From Mobula hypostoma (Eukaryota): 64,000 nucleotides of DNA. Shown piece by piece: positions 51,119 to 63,445 of the stretch; the first letter of the stretch is position 1; each line of letters starts with the position of its first letter. The notes beneath the pieces are model-generated. The model saw only the letters and a list, made by a program, of their open reading frames with translations. It was not told the origin of the DNA and made no database searches. The stretch is taken from NCBI RefSeq assembly GCF_963921235.1, contig NC_086108.1:96536001-96600000 (forward strand), in the 5' to 3' direction. Both the position numbers and the translations under genes were made by a program.

Positions 51119-51358
51119 CTTTCTGGCAATTAATAGTGGTTTCTTCTGAACTGACCAAATTGCTAGCTTGTACCAGCTTCTCATCATCAAAGTCACCCCA
51201 TAAATCATCTCCTAGGTCAAAAGTCACATTTATGCCTTCTGATGACCAGTACCCACTGTCGTTTGCATCAGAAGAGTTGTAATTGAAAGTCCTGAACATA
51301 TTTTGGTGTGGCACAATCACAGCTGAACTGGGTTTTGATGAAGTCAAGGAATATTTTC
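51119..51358 (-). CDS. HFM1: HFM1 coding exon
   Basis: ttatttttgttag|...GAAAG|gtaata; 240 bp open, contains INVTFDLGDDLWGDFDDEKL. Confidence 0.87.
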
Positions 51359-51419
51359 CTAACAAAAATAAAATAAGTTTTAATTACTTGGTCAAAAATC
51401 AATCAACAACACTAATATA

Positions 51420-52213
51420 CAGTGGATTCTGGTTAATTGGGACACATTAGGATCAGTACATTTTGGCCCAATTAAGTGGTTGTCCCAATTAGACAAAGTT
51501 TCATGGAAATAGTTAAAAAGGTATATAAAAAAAGACAATGTATTTAAATTAAAAAACAGTACAAATTAGAACACAATCAAAACTGCTACAGTACTGTAAA
51601 ACTCTGTATTAGTTATCGATGGAGAAATTCATCCAGCATATGCTGGCATGTTCTTTTGTTTGATTGTAAATTTTAGAACAAAATCAGTGCAGGAACCTAG
51701 TGTTAATAATGGACCGTCTTCATACAATACTATTGATAATTGCATCTTCCAGATCCTAATTTTCATCGTAACGTTCAAGATGCAGACATCCCACCTCTCC
51801 CGAAAGTTCCGGGAGTCTCCTGCATATTAATAGTGACTCCCTCATGCCTGCAAATTATATACAATATCACGGAAATCAACTTTTTTGAGAGCGAGCAAGA
51901 GAGCACGAGAGAGAAAGCAAAAGAGAAAGCACGAGAGTGACTACGAGAGAGAGAGCGAGAGCAAGCAAGCGACAGCGCGCGAGCGAGAGAGAGAGAGAGA
52001 GAAAGCAAGCGAGAGTGAGCGAGCGAAAGCAAAAGAGAAAGCGCGAGAGCGATCACGAGACAGAGTGAGCGAGAGACATAGAGTGAGAGAACGAGAGAGA
52101 AAGCAAAAGAGGAAGTGCGAGAGCGACCACGAGAGACAGCGAGAGCAAGCAAGAGCGCGCGAGCGAGAGAGAATAAGTAAGCAAGAGTGCGAGAGTAAAC
52201 AAGCGAGAGCGAC

Positions 52214-52248
<35 letters not shown>

Positions 52249-53005
52249 AAGAGCACGCCATGGGAGTGTGTTCCAAAAAAAGAAAATATAAAATGTACGT
52301 CACCCTAGACTACACTAAAGTCTACCCCTGCCTAATAGGGGTCAAAAATAATGACAGTGTTGCTCGCTGCTCTGTTTGTAACAGTGACTTTTCTATTGTC
52401 CATGGTGGGTTAAAATGTAAAAGACATGTTGAGGTGAGTTTAACAGGTGTCATTCGTTCATTAGCATAGCTAACGTTATTTAAACTAGCTGGCTGGCTGC
52501 TCAGGAGCTACTCTATTGCAAACATCCCACCTCTCCAGGAAGTCTCCCGCAAATTGATGGTGCTACCTCCCTGAAATGAGTTTTTGCAGGGTGAGATGTC
52601 TGAAGATGATTGTCAATACCTTCATTTTCATTCCCAGCCATTTCTGGCATCTCCAAGCTTGAAAACAGTAGTGAGCAAAACAGTTCTAAATTGTTTTACT
52701 ACATATTTCTCACCAACTATCAGTGATAACAATCACTGATTTTGAACACAATCACACACAACTGACACTATTTAAAAACTGTTTGCTTTAAGCATGGTGT
52801 AGTGTCCAACAGCCACACACGTGCATGCAACTGACTCTACTTAGAAACTGTTCGTCAAGAGTCTCTAGCTCAAAATAAGCAGCATAGTGTTCCAAGTAAA
52901 CAAAGGGAATACTGGCTATTTTCTCAATTAGCTTTTGTTCTTTGAGGTGTTTCAAACAAGTGGCTGCTCAAATTAACCAACTGCCCATTCAATCAGAATC
53001 CATTG
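51420..53005. mobile_element. Tigger/pogo-like MITE hosting a hAT-like insertion
   Basis: TA-cagtggattctggttaattggg ... cccattcaatcagaatccattg imperfect TIRs. Confidence 0.65.
51783..52602 (+). mobile_element. Non-autonomous hAT-like DNA transposon, copy 1
   Basis: TIR CAGACATCCCACC; 6-bp TSD AAGATG; transposase N-terminal zinc finger ARC.VC.SDFSI.HGG..C.RH; internal GA-rich microsatellite. Confidence 0.8.
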
Positions 53006-53722
53006 CAAGATCTTGTATACTTAATCTGTTTTCTTGATCCCAAGGGACCACTTAACAAGAAAGAATATGCATGAATGCTAAAATCCTACCTGAACTGCAA
53101 GTTAAACATCAAATATTCAGAACTATGTATGCATGTGGCAGATAGAATAGATAAAATTGTGGAAAAGAGATTTTTAATGTATTAATCATGTTAATTTGCA
53201 AAAGTCAGTTGGCTTTCTAGAGGAAGAGGAACCAACATAAACACACAAAAAATGTATACTTCTTTGATACATTTGATACTATGGAGTATTTAACCTCATC
53301 AATTACTGCTTTTTGCACCCAACACATATCCCTTGCATCATGGCAGTTAATTGCTTCAATCCAGAGATGTGATGGTTTGGCTCATGCCATCTGCTTCAGA
53401 TACTTGAACCTGGGATCTGGGATTGTTGGGGAGTAGCAAATTCCAGGAGCGGGGAAGGAGGAAGGTAAGAAACTGAAAGTGCTGATAGAGACCCGACATG
53501 CTGGAAATGGAACCGTGTCAGACAATCCAGCTCATCCTGATGAAAGGCTGATACTGAGACATCTGCAATATCCAGAATGTAGAAAGGGTCTTGATAAAAG
53601 GGTGGGATTCCTTTCTTGAAAACATTTCACGCTGCTATTTTCTGCACCCCATCTGTGCACATGTCAGAGTTTGAAAAAAATGTACTTTTATTTACTTTTT
53701 CATTCACGTAAATTTTGACAGA

Positions 53723-53802
53723 GCCAATTTTGTTCCATATCTTAAAGCAACTTTTTAGATTGCCAATTTTGTTCCATACCTCAAAGCAACTTTTTGGATT
53801 GC
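53723..53802. repeat. Tandem duplication of a 39-bp unit
   Basis: gccaattttgttccata(t/c)ct(t/c)aaagcaacttttt(a/g)gatt twice. Confidence 0.8.
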
Positions 53803-54552
53803 ATTTTGTGAATTCTACAAGGGTGAATTTCTGTTACCAGAATATCCATAACATGAAGGCTGCCTGTGAGAGGGTGATAGTTTAAAGGAGGTGTGAGACA
53901 AGTTTTTCTTGAAATAGAGTGGTAGGTGTCTGGACCCTTCCAGACAGGTGATGGGAGCAGCTGTGATAACAATGTTTGAGAGACATTTAATCAACCACAT
54001 AGATAGGCAGAGAATAGAGGGATATGGACAGTGCAAGCAGAGGGATTAAGTTCATTTGACATTATGGACCAGTGCAGAGAGAGCTGTAGAGCCTGTCCCT
54101 ATACTGAACTCATTTTTTTTCTTATGAGATACAGTGCAGAGTAGGTCCTTTGAGATGAACCGCCCAGTAACCCCTGATTTAACAATAGCCTAATCATGGA
54201 ACAAGTTAAGATGACTAATTAACCTACCAATCAGTATGTCTTTGGACCGTGGGACGAAACTGTAGCACCCTGAGGAAAGCCATGCAGTCACGGGAAGAAC
54301 GTACAAACTCCTTACAGACAGCAGCGGGAATTGAATTCGGGTCACTGGTGCCGTAAAGCACTGTATTAACCTCTACACTACCGATTCACCCCTTTTCTAT
54401 GGTCTGTGTTTAAACACAAAAACAGTACTGCACAAGGACAGGCATTTCAGCCCACGATGTTGTGCCAAACCAGCTAAAAAACAAATCAAGAACACCCAGA
54501 CACGAATCCCTCCTACCTACAACATATCCATATCCCTCCATCTTCCTTATAT

Positions 54553-56770
54553 GACTACAGTGAGATTACAATGGGATGAGGGCGGTTTTGGCTAGTGTAG
54601 ACTGGGAACGCAGGCTATATGGTGGGACAGTTGAGGAACAGTGGAAGTCTTTCAAAGAATTTATCATGGTGCTCAACGAAAGTATATTTCAGTAAAAGCA
54701 AGGGCAGTAAGGGTTGGGAGAGCCACCTTGGATAACTAAGAAAGTAAAAGAAGTAATCAAACTAAAAGCTCGTGTATACAAAGTTGCCAAGAGTAGTGGA
54801 AAACTGAAAAATTGGGAAGACTTTAAAAGAACCACAAAGCGAGCAATAAAGGAAAGATAGATTATGAAAATAAACTAGCACAAAATATAAAAATGGATAA
54901 TTAAAGTTTATATAATTATATAAAGCGGAAAAGAGTGGCTAAAGTGAATGTAGGTCCCTTGTAGGATGAGAGGGGAAATTGATATTGGGTAATGAGGAAA
55001 TAGCAGAGGCTTTGAATGACTATTTTGTGTCTCTCTTTACGGTGGAGGACACATCTAACTTTCAGAGATTTATCACGGTGCTCAATAAAAGTATATTTCA
55101 GTAAAAGCAAGGACAGTAAGGGTGGGGAGAGCCTCCCATCACATCCATAATATCTCTCTTTAGCAGAGGACCTCGATACAATAGCCATCAATAAAGAAGT
55201 AGTGCTGAGTAAACTTGTAGGCCTGAAGATAGACAAGTCCCCTGGTCCTGATGGAATATATCCCAGGGTACGGAAGGAAAAGGCAGAAGTTATAGTAGAG
55301 GTTTTGGTGATAATTTACCAAAATTATTTGGACTCTGGGCTGGTCCTGTCGGATTGGAAGATGGAGAACGTCATGCCGCTGTTCAAAAAAGGATGTAGGC
55401 AAGAGGCAGGTAACTATAGGCCAATTAGTTTAACCTCTGTAGTTGGGAAAATGCTTGAAGCTATCATTAAAGAAGAAATAGCAAGGCATCTGGAAAGAAA
55501 TGGATCCATTAGGCAGATGCAGCACAGATTCAGCAAAGGCAAGGCCTGTTTGACAAACTTACTGGAGTTCTTTGAGGATATAATGAGTGCAGTGGATAGA
55601 GGAGAACAGATAGACATTATTTACTTGGATTTCCAGAAGGTGTTCAATAAGGTGCCACATAAAAAACTTATCCATAAGATAAGGATGCATGGAGTTGGGG
55701 TTGATGTATTAGCATGGATAGAGGATTGGTTAACTTATAGAAAGCAGAGAGTTGGGATACATGGGTGTTACTTTGGCTGGCAATCAGTGGTGAGCGGTGT
55801 GCCGCACGGGTCGGCGCTGGGCCCACAACTGTTCACGTTATACATTAACAATCTGGAAGAGGGGACAGAGGGTAATGTATCTAACTTTGCTGATGTCACT
55901 AAATTGAGTGAAAGCAAATTGTGAGGAAGATACGTAGAGTCTGCAGATAGGTTAAATGACTGGGCAAGGGTCTGCCAGATGGAATACAGTGTTGGTAAAT
56001 GTGAGGTCTTACACTTTGGAAGGAAAAGTGGAAGAGCAGATTATTATTTAAATGGTAAAAGATTGCAGCATGCTGCCGTGCAGAGGAACTTGGGAGTGCT
56101 TGTGTATGAATCACAAAAGTTTAGTTTGCAGGTGCAGCAGGCTATCAAGAAGGCAAATGGGATGTCAGACTTCATTGCTAGAGGGACTGAATTTAAGAGC
56201 AGGGAGGTTATGCTGCAACTGTACAGGGTACGAGTGAAGCCGCACCTGGAGTACTGCATGCAGCTCTGGTCTCCTTAGGAAGGGTATACTGGCTTTGAAG
56301 GTTCACCAGGTTGATTCCAGAGATGAGGGGGTTAGACTATGAGGAGAGATAGAGTCGTCTGGGACTGTACTCGCTGGAATTCAAAAGAATAAGAGGGGAT
56401 CTTATAGAAACATAAAATTATGAAAGGGATAGATGAGATAGAGGTAGGAAAGATGTTTCCACCAATAGGTGAGACTGGAACTAGTGGACAGAGCCTCAAG
56501 ATTTGGGGGAGTAGATTTAGGATGGAGATGAGGCGGAACTGCTTTTCCCACAGTGTGGTAAGTCTGTGGAATTCTCTGCCCACTGCAGGCTAACTCAGTA
56601 AATATATTTAAGACAAGGTTGGATAGTAGGGGAATTAAGGGTTATGGGGAAAAGGCAGGTAAGGTGGAGGTGAGACCATGGCCAGATCAGCCATGATCTT
56701 ATTGAATGGCAGAGCAGGCTTGATGGGCCAGATGGCCTACTCCTGCTCCTGTTTCTTATGCTCATATGTT
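54553..56770 (+). mobile_element. 5'-truncated CR1 LINE
   Basis: ORF 55202-55924 with KSPGPDGI, NYRPISLTS, YLDFQK.F.KVPH, FAD; candidate TSD CTTATAT (54546-54552, 56771-56777). Confidence 0.9.
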
Positions 56771-56949
56771 CTTATATCCATGTACCTATCCAAACATCTC
56801 TTAAAAGCCTCTAATGTATTTGCCACTACTACCATATCAGGCAGTGCATTCCAGGCATCCACCACTCTGAGTAAAAAACTTACCCCTCACATCTCCCTTG
56901 AACCCACTCTCTCTCACCTTCAATGCATGCCCTCTGGTATAAGACATTT

Positions 56950-58430
56950 AAGACCATAAGACATAGGAGAAGAATTAGGGCATTTTTCAGCCCATCAAGT
57001 CATGGTTAATCCTGGATCCCATTCAATCCCATACACCTGCCCTCTCACCATAGCCCTTGATGCCCTGACCGGTCAGGAATCTATCGACTTCCGCTTTAAA
57101 TATACCCATGGACTTGGCTTCCACTACAGTCTGTGGCAGAGCATTCCACAGGTTCACCACTCTTTGGCTAAAAAAATTCCTCCTTACTTCTGTTCTAAAA
57201 GAACGCTCCAAAATTTTGAGGCTGTGACCCCTAGTTCTGGATACCCCACCATAAGAAACATCCTCCCCACATCCACCTTATCTCGTCCTTTCAATATTCA
57301 GTAGGTTTCAATGAGATCCCCACACATTCTTCTAAATTCCAGTGAGTACAGACCCAAAGCTGCCAAATGCTCCTCATATGTTAACCCCTTCATTCCCAGA
57401 ATAATCCTCGTGAACCTTATCTGGACTCTCTCCAGTGACAGTACATCCTTTCTGAGGTAAGGGGCCTGAAACTGTTGATATCCTCCAAGTGGAGCCTGAC
57501 TAGTGTTTTATAGAGGCTCAGCATTATCTCCTTGCTTTTAGATTCTATTCCCCTTGAAATAAATGCCAATGTTGCATTTACCTTCTTTACCACAGATTCA
57601 ATCTGTCAATTAACCTTCTGGGAGTTTTGCACGAGGACTCCCAAGTCTTTTGCACCTCTGGTGTTTGAATTTTCTTCCTATTTAGATAATAGTCTGCACT
57701 ATTGTTCCTTCGTTCCTTTTACTAAAATACATTGTCATACATTTTCCAACACTGTATTCCATCAGCCACTTTATTCCCATTCTTCCAATTTCAACTCTGG
57801 GAAACATATACCTTCTGTCTTCTCTATCTCTGCCTCTCAATCTTGTAAACGTCTATCAAATCTCCCCACATTTTCGACACTCCAGAGAAAACAACCCACG
57901 TTTATCCAGCCTCTTGTGATAGCACATATCATCTAAACCCGGCAGCGTCCTGGTGAACCTCTTCCGCACCCTCTCCAAAGCTTCAGCAACCTACCTACAG
58001 TTGGGTGACCAGAACTGTATATAATACTCCAGATGAGGCTTAACCAGGGTTTCACAAAGTTGCAACTTAACTTCCTGACTTTTGAACTCAATGCCTTGAC
58101 GAATAAAAGCAAGCATTCCATAAGCCTGATTAACCACCTGAGTATCCACTTTCAAGGAGCTATGAAGTTCTCTCTGCTCAGCATCTGTCTCCTTGCATTT
58201 GCCCTACCAAGGTGTAACACCTCATATTTATCTGAGTTAAACTCTGTCTGCCATTCCTCAGCTCACATCTACAACTGGTTTATGTCGTGCTATATTCTTT
58301 CCACAACTCCAACAATCTTGGTATCATCCACAAACTTACTAACCTACCCATCTACATTTTCATCCACATCATTTATATATGTTACAAACAGCAGAGGTCC
58401 CAGCACAGATCCCTGTGGAACGCCACTAAA
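56950..58430 (-). mobile_element. Two stacked CR1 3' fragments
   Basis: [37 protein letters not shown] motifs on the minus strand. Confidence 0.8.
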
Positions 58431-58513
58431 CCAGAAGTATATTGTATGTCAGAGAGAGAAAATTGACATAGATAGTATTACTACCAGCAAAATTCTTCTA
58501 TACAGTAACATAC

Positions 58514-58617
58514 CTTCATCACCATGTGTTTGCAGTTGTTGATAACTGCTTCTACAGATGTCTAGTTGATCCCAGTTTTGTGCTTGAGCTGTTGGAGTAA
58601 GCCTTGTTTCATAGTAC
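58514..58617 (-). CDS. HFM1: HFM1 coding exon
   Basis: atcttcaag|...GAAG|gtatgt; encodes YYETRLTPTAQAQNWDQLDICRSSYQQLQTHGDE, phase 2-1. Confidence 0.82.
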
Positions 58618-58716
58618 CTTGAAGATAATTCCACATGAAAAGTATAATGTGATAACATTTAACCTTCATATTGAATGTGATAAACTTCTTTCTATTTAAG
58701 AGGTGAATCATATTAC

Positions 58717-58799
58717 CTTGGTATTGCTGACAATGGACGCTTTGGCACATATGCAAACTGTTGAAGATTTACTGATCCCAATTCATTTAGCATCTCTAC
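58717..58799 (-). CDS. HFM1: HFM1 coding exon
   Basis: ttcttataacag|...CAAG|gtaata; encodes VEMLNELGSVNLQQFAYVPKRPLSAIP(R), phase 0-2, in frame with its neighbours. Confidence 0.87.
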
Positions 58800-58883
58800 C
58801 TGTTATAAGAAAGTGTAATTTTTAAACTCCCTTAATCTTTATGAAGTAGTTTGCTGAAACTTCACTATGCAGAGAAAAGTTAC

Positions 58884-59011
58884 CTTCAGTCGCTTAACAG
58901 ACGGGGCTGAGGAAGTCTCACTTCTACTTTTAAGGTCACTGAGATAGGAAGAAAGTTTTGTTGTTGCTTCTGTTGTAATATCAGTCTGCATGACTGATAC
59001 GCCAAACTTAC
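58884..59011 (-). CDS. HFM1: HFM1 coding exon
   Basis: ttttgcttgcag|...CTGAAG|gtaact; encodes CKFGVSVMQTDITTEATTKLSSYLSDLKSRSETSSAPSVKRLK (SSYLSDL...VKRLK is an HFM1 feature). Confidence 0.92.
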
Positions 59012-59587
59012 CTGCAAGCAAAACAAAAAAAGAAAATCACTAGATTAGCAATTGCAACAAAAATTAGGATTTGATCAAGCTAAAGTGATGAGACCTTTTG
59101 GGATAGATCCAAGAGCATTGAAAAAATGTGGAGAATAGAACTCCAAGTAATTATAGCTGTGATATTAATTTGGGGGTGGTTGAAGATACTGGCAAGATCT
59201 CAATTAGCAGGAAACCATCCTACCAATGGCGGCATTAGGCTTGGAGGTTTTAACTTCTGAGCTTCATCTCGGCAGTCCTCAACTGGTTCCAAACCAGAAC
59301 TGATGGCTAACAGGAATGCTGATTTTGTACAACACCACATATAGAAGGAGCAAATAAATTGTAAATAAGGGGTTGAGAATCTTCTTCATCGGCTAGAAGG
59401 CAGTGGTACTTAGAAATAAAGAGAAAATTTTCTGATACTCCCTGGTTTAACATGGGAAATCTTAAGATATAGAAAGACTAATCTTCAATTCAATTCAAGT
59501 TTAATAGTCATTTAACCATACATGAAGACTCATGGATACAGCCAAAAGAGACAGTGTTACTATGGGGTCAAAGTACAAAGACACATT

Positions 59588-60255
59588 CAGACATCCCACC
59601 CTGCAAAAACTCATTTCAGGGAGGTAGCACCATCAATTTGCGGGAGACTTCTGGGAGAGGTGGGATGTTTGCAATAGATTAGCTTCTTAGCATCCAGCCA
59701 GCTAGTTTAAATAACGTTAGCTATGTTAATGAATGAATGACACCTGTTAAACTCACCTCAACATGTCTTTTACATTTTAACCCACCACGAGCAATAGAAA
59801 AGTCACTGTTGCAAACAGTGCAGCGAGCAACAGTGTCATTATTTTTGACCCCTATTAGGCAGGGGTACACTTTAGGGTAGTCTGCGGTGAGGTACATTTT
59901 ATATTTTCTTTTTTTGGAACACTCTGCCACTCTGACTTTTTTTTTGGAACTCTCTCGCTCTTGCTCTCACTTTCTCTCTATCGCGCGCGCTCTCGCTCGT
60001 GGTTGCTCTCACTTGTGCTTGCTTTCTCGCTCTTGCTCTTTCTCTCTCACGCTTGCTTTCTCGCTCTCACTCTCTCTCTTGCGCTTTCTCGCTCGTGGTT
60101 GCTCTCACTCGCTTTCTCACTCTCTCGCACACTCTCTCACGCTTGCTCTCAAAAAAAATCAATTTCCGGGACATGGTATATAACTTGCGGGCATCAGGGA
60201 GCCACTATTAATTTGCGAGAGACTCTCAGACCTTCTGGGAGAGGTGGGATGTCTG
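59588..60255 (-). mobile_element. Non-autonomous hAT-like DNA transposon, copy 2 (inverted)
   Basis: Same TIR; 6-bp TSD CACATT (59582-59587, 60256-60261); ORF 59721-59930 homologous to copy 1. Confidence 0.82.
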
Positions 60256-61679
60256 CACATTACGATCAGTCACATACAGTAAGCACACACAAGATCACAA
60301 TTACATAACAAGAGTTCCGAGGCCCACCTCGCCCCACTCAAATGCAACGCCACAACGTGATGCATACAAGTCAAACCCATATAGAAAACCAGTAAAAATA
60401 CAATGGCGCAGAAGATACAATTCTGCATTGATAAATATTAGTCCAGACACCACCCCCCCCCCCCACTCCCACCCTAGCTCATTGATATCATCTATCGATT
60501 GGGCCCTGACACCCATTAGGTGACACCATGGCTTTGAGGCCCAGTTCTCGCAGTGACGACTGACTCCCATGAGGCAAATCTGTTGCTTTTGAGGCCTGGT
60601 CCTCGCATATACAAGCACATATAGAATATTAGTAAAACCATAACCAGATAAATATATATGTATATAGTCCAGACCCATCTTAAATCTTCATTCACCATAA
60701 TTGTGCTATGCTGCCCCTGGTAGAGCAGGAAGGTTTGGACTCCTCCCCTCTAGCAGCTGAAAAGCAAGCATCCCTGCAGCCTGAGGCCCAAGTCCATTGA
60801 GTGCTGCTAAAAAATCTGCATTCGGCCACAATGAGTTTGTCTTCTGCTGAGCGAAACCCTGGGAGGGCAGCTCCAACTCTGTTCCGGATTTTGTGCCATA
60901 CCACCCCTGTGAAGTACAATTACTTTGACCCTCACTCCGGCTGGCTGCAAACAGGCAACACCGAGGCTTCAGGCCTAGTCCTCGCTATGACCAAGGGCTA
61001 GGCCCCTTCCATCTCCCACTGATCACATCCAATAAATTAGCGAATCAAACTTGCAGTGTACCAGATTAACAATGCCCAAAGAGGTCTTGCGATCACAAGA
61101 AAAGTGACCATGGTGGCCACTCACTACTTGACAGTAAGCCTCAATCGACTCAGGCAGCAGCATGTTGCACAGCTCCTTCATTATCTCTGCCAGCGATCAA
61201 CGTGCTGATGGTGTAGACCTGCAGTACTTTGAGTTCTGAATGTATAGCAGGATCTTGTGATCATTAGACATACATTTAAGTAGAACGCTAGGGCCTTTTT
61301 TTGACCCCATAGAGACCGTTGTGACCAGTCACACCACTATCTTGTTGTTAGCTTCTTTCTTCAACCGGATTGGTCTGATAGGAAAGGCATAACACCTTCC
61401 TGTGCAAGAGTGGCACCATGTTTGTTCCCAAGATTTTATATGAATCTTGCTACATACTTAAGGGCCCACAAAGGTATCCAAAAGGCATTTTTCTTGACTG
61501 CTATTAAGAGAACCGTAAAAGTGGGACTGTAGGATTATGGCTATCAAACCCCATTCTCCCCCTCCTTCAACTCCCAACATGGGAATGGAGATGAAATACC
61601 TCTTCACATTTTAGGCCTACATTTGGATATATACAATTTCAATAGCACAAAACTACTAGTGTCTATATTCAGTACTTAC

Positions 61680-61769
61680 AACATTCATGACCACATTTAT
61701 CTTTATTCTTGCAGTAATGATTACAGTGTCTTTTTCGTGGTGCTGTGCAACTGACATCATTGGAAAATC
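61680..61769 (-). CDS. HFM1: HFM1 exon with Cys/His zinc-finger-like motif
   Basis: tacag|...T|gtaagt; encodes GFSNDVSCTAPRKRHCNHYCKNKDKCGHEC(C), equivalent to the HFM1/Mer3 CNH.CK.K..CGH.CC motif; 90 bp, phase 1-1. Confidence 0.92.
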
Positions 61770-63283
61770 CTGTATTTATAATTGAGATACAATGAAGATA
61801 AGGAAGTTCAATGCAAAATTTAATCTTCAAATGTTAGACTGTCTCAATTTTTAAGTCATCTTAGAGATATTGATACAATATTGATTTGAAGATTATTGTT
61901 TTGAAATATTTTGCAAACTACTGACAATTTCTCACCATTTTTTCTGTACAAATGATTGCTTACTCATCACAATATACCAACGATGTATGGTCCCGTTAAT
62001 GTACAGTTAATAGCAAAGTAACCAAAATTGAAGATATTCACTATATTGCTCCAAATGCCCCCTCAAACCCTGGCTGAACTGATCTAGATCTCAACTCTAT
62101 TCTCCTGTCCAAATTCTATGTATTCTAATATCTACCTTAGCCTCCAACTGTACTTAGTGACCATATGCCCTCAGCTTTGAGATAGAGAATTCCTAAGATT
62201 CATAATCCTCGAGTAGAACTTTCTTCTGATTTCAGTCTTAAGTGACAGTTCTTAACCTGACACTATTTCCTGAATTCTACACTCCACAACCAGAGTATAC
62301 ATCTTCACAGCACCGAGCCTAACAAGCCTCTTCAATATCTTATCCATCAGTAAGATGAATTTATTTCTCTTATAAACTTCTATTAAATTGTTCCCCATAA
62401 GAAAACTTCCTTATTTTGATAATCAGACTACACTCTAATTGCTGCAATGCCTTTAAAGTGAAGTATGTCCTTCCTTATATTAAAAAAAAGGAGACCAAAA
62501 TCATAGACAATACTAATGAGGACTCATGAAAGACCTGGATTGCTGTAGTAAGATTTTGTCACTCTTATATTCCATTGTCCTTGAAATAAAAGCCTAAATC
62601 TTATTTGCCTTCTTAAATACTTTCTATAAGCAGACTTTCACTTTGTTTCTTTGTTTATGAAACAGTCTATTGTCAATTGTTTTTTGCATACCCCATATAC
62701 TTTCTGTATCTGATACCATGACCTGGATCTGGGCCGTACCTTCCGAATATCTGGACCTGCCTCTTGGTTTTTTTTTGCACTACCTTACTTTCCCTTTTCT
62801 GTTTTCTATTTATGATTTATAATTTAAATTGTTAATATTTACTATCGATTAGCGCAAAGCACAGAATTAAGTATCGCTGTGATGATTGTACACTCTAGTA
62901 TCAATTGTTTGGCGACAATAAAGCAAAGTAAACTGTTTTGCATCTCAAACGTACACTTAGTTAATAAAGCTAACAGCAAAAACCTTTTTTTTCAAATATA
63001 TAAAGTGAAGAGAAATATAATACTATTAAATTCCAATATAGAAACAACCATTGTTGACAAAAATGGATCCTAAGATTAGAAGTTACTGATGTATTAGACT
63101 AAATTTATCCGTTAGTACACTTTAAGAGAAATGGTTCATGGAAGGCCTTGCAAAAAGTATCCTGTTTTCGACAGACTCACTCTCTCCAACACAACTGAAT
63201 AAACATAATTAGCTGTCTTCTTAAAAAAACCACGTGATATAAGTAATTTTCTACATCAACTTTTTAAGAATTTAAAAAAGTAC

Positions 63284-63445
63284 CTTTCATCACATGGTTA
63301 GAGGAAACCGCTGATGAATTTTCTGTGCCATTTCGTTTTGCTAACTGAGTGTTTTGTCTGTCTGAATTTCCATGAATAAAATGTGTTCCAAACTTCCTTG
63401 GTCCTGAATAAAAAACTGTATACTTTTGCTGAATATCCAATCCAA
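63284..63445 (-). CDS. HFM1: HFM1 (MER3) helicase, internal coding exon (first of 10 visible; gene continues beyond the window end)
   Basis: Acceptor ttcttttccacctag| and donor AAAG|gtactt; encodes VGLDIQQKYTVFYSGPRKFG..., matching the recalled HFM1 VGLDIQQKLTVFY motif; phase 1-1. Confidence 0.9.

Noticed and set aside
51775..52303. Leu/Ser/Arg-rich ORFs on either strand (also 59887-60308)
   Set aside because: Translation artefacts of the GA/TC microsatellite.
63120..63194. Extra HFM1 exon after the acceptor ttattcag (with a GTGAGT donor at 63180)
   Set aside because: The 14-nt version shifts the frame and the longer version hits a stop; the flanking exons already join in frame.
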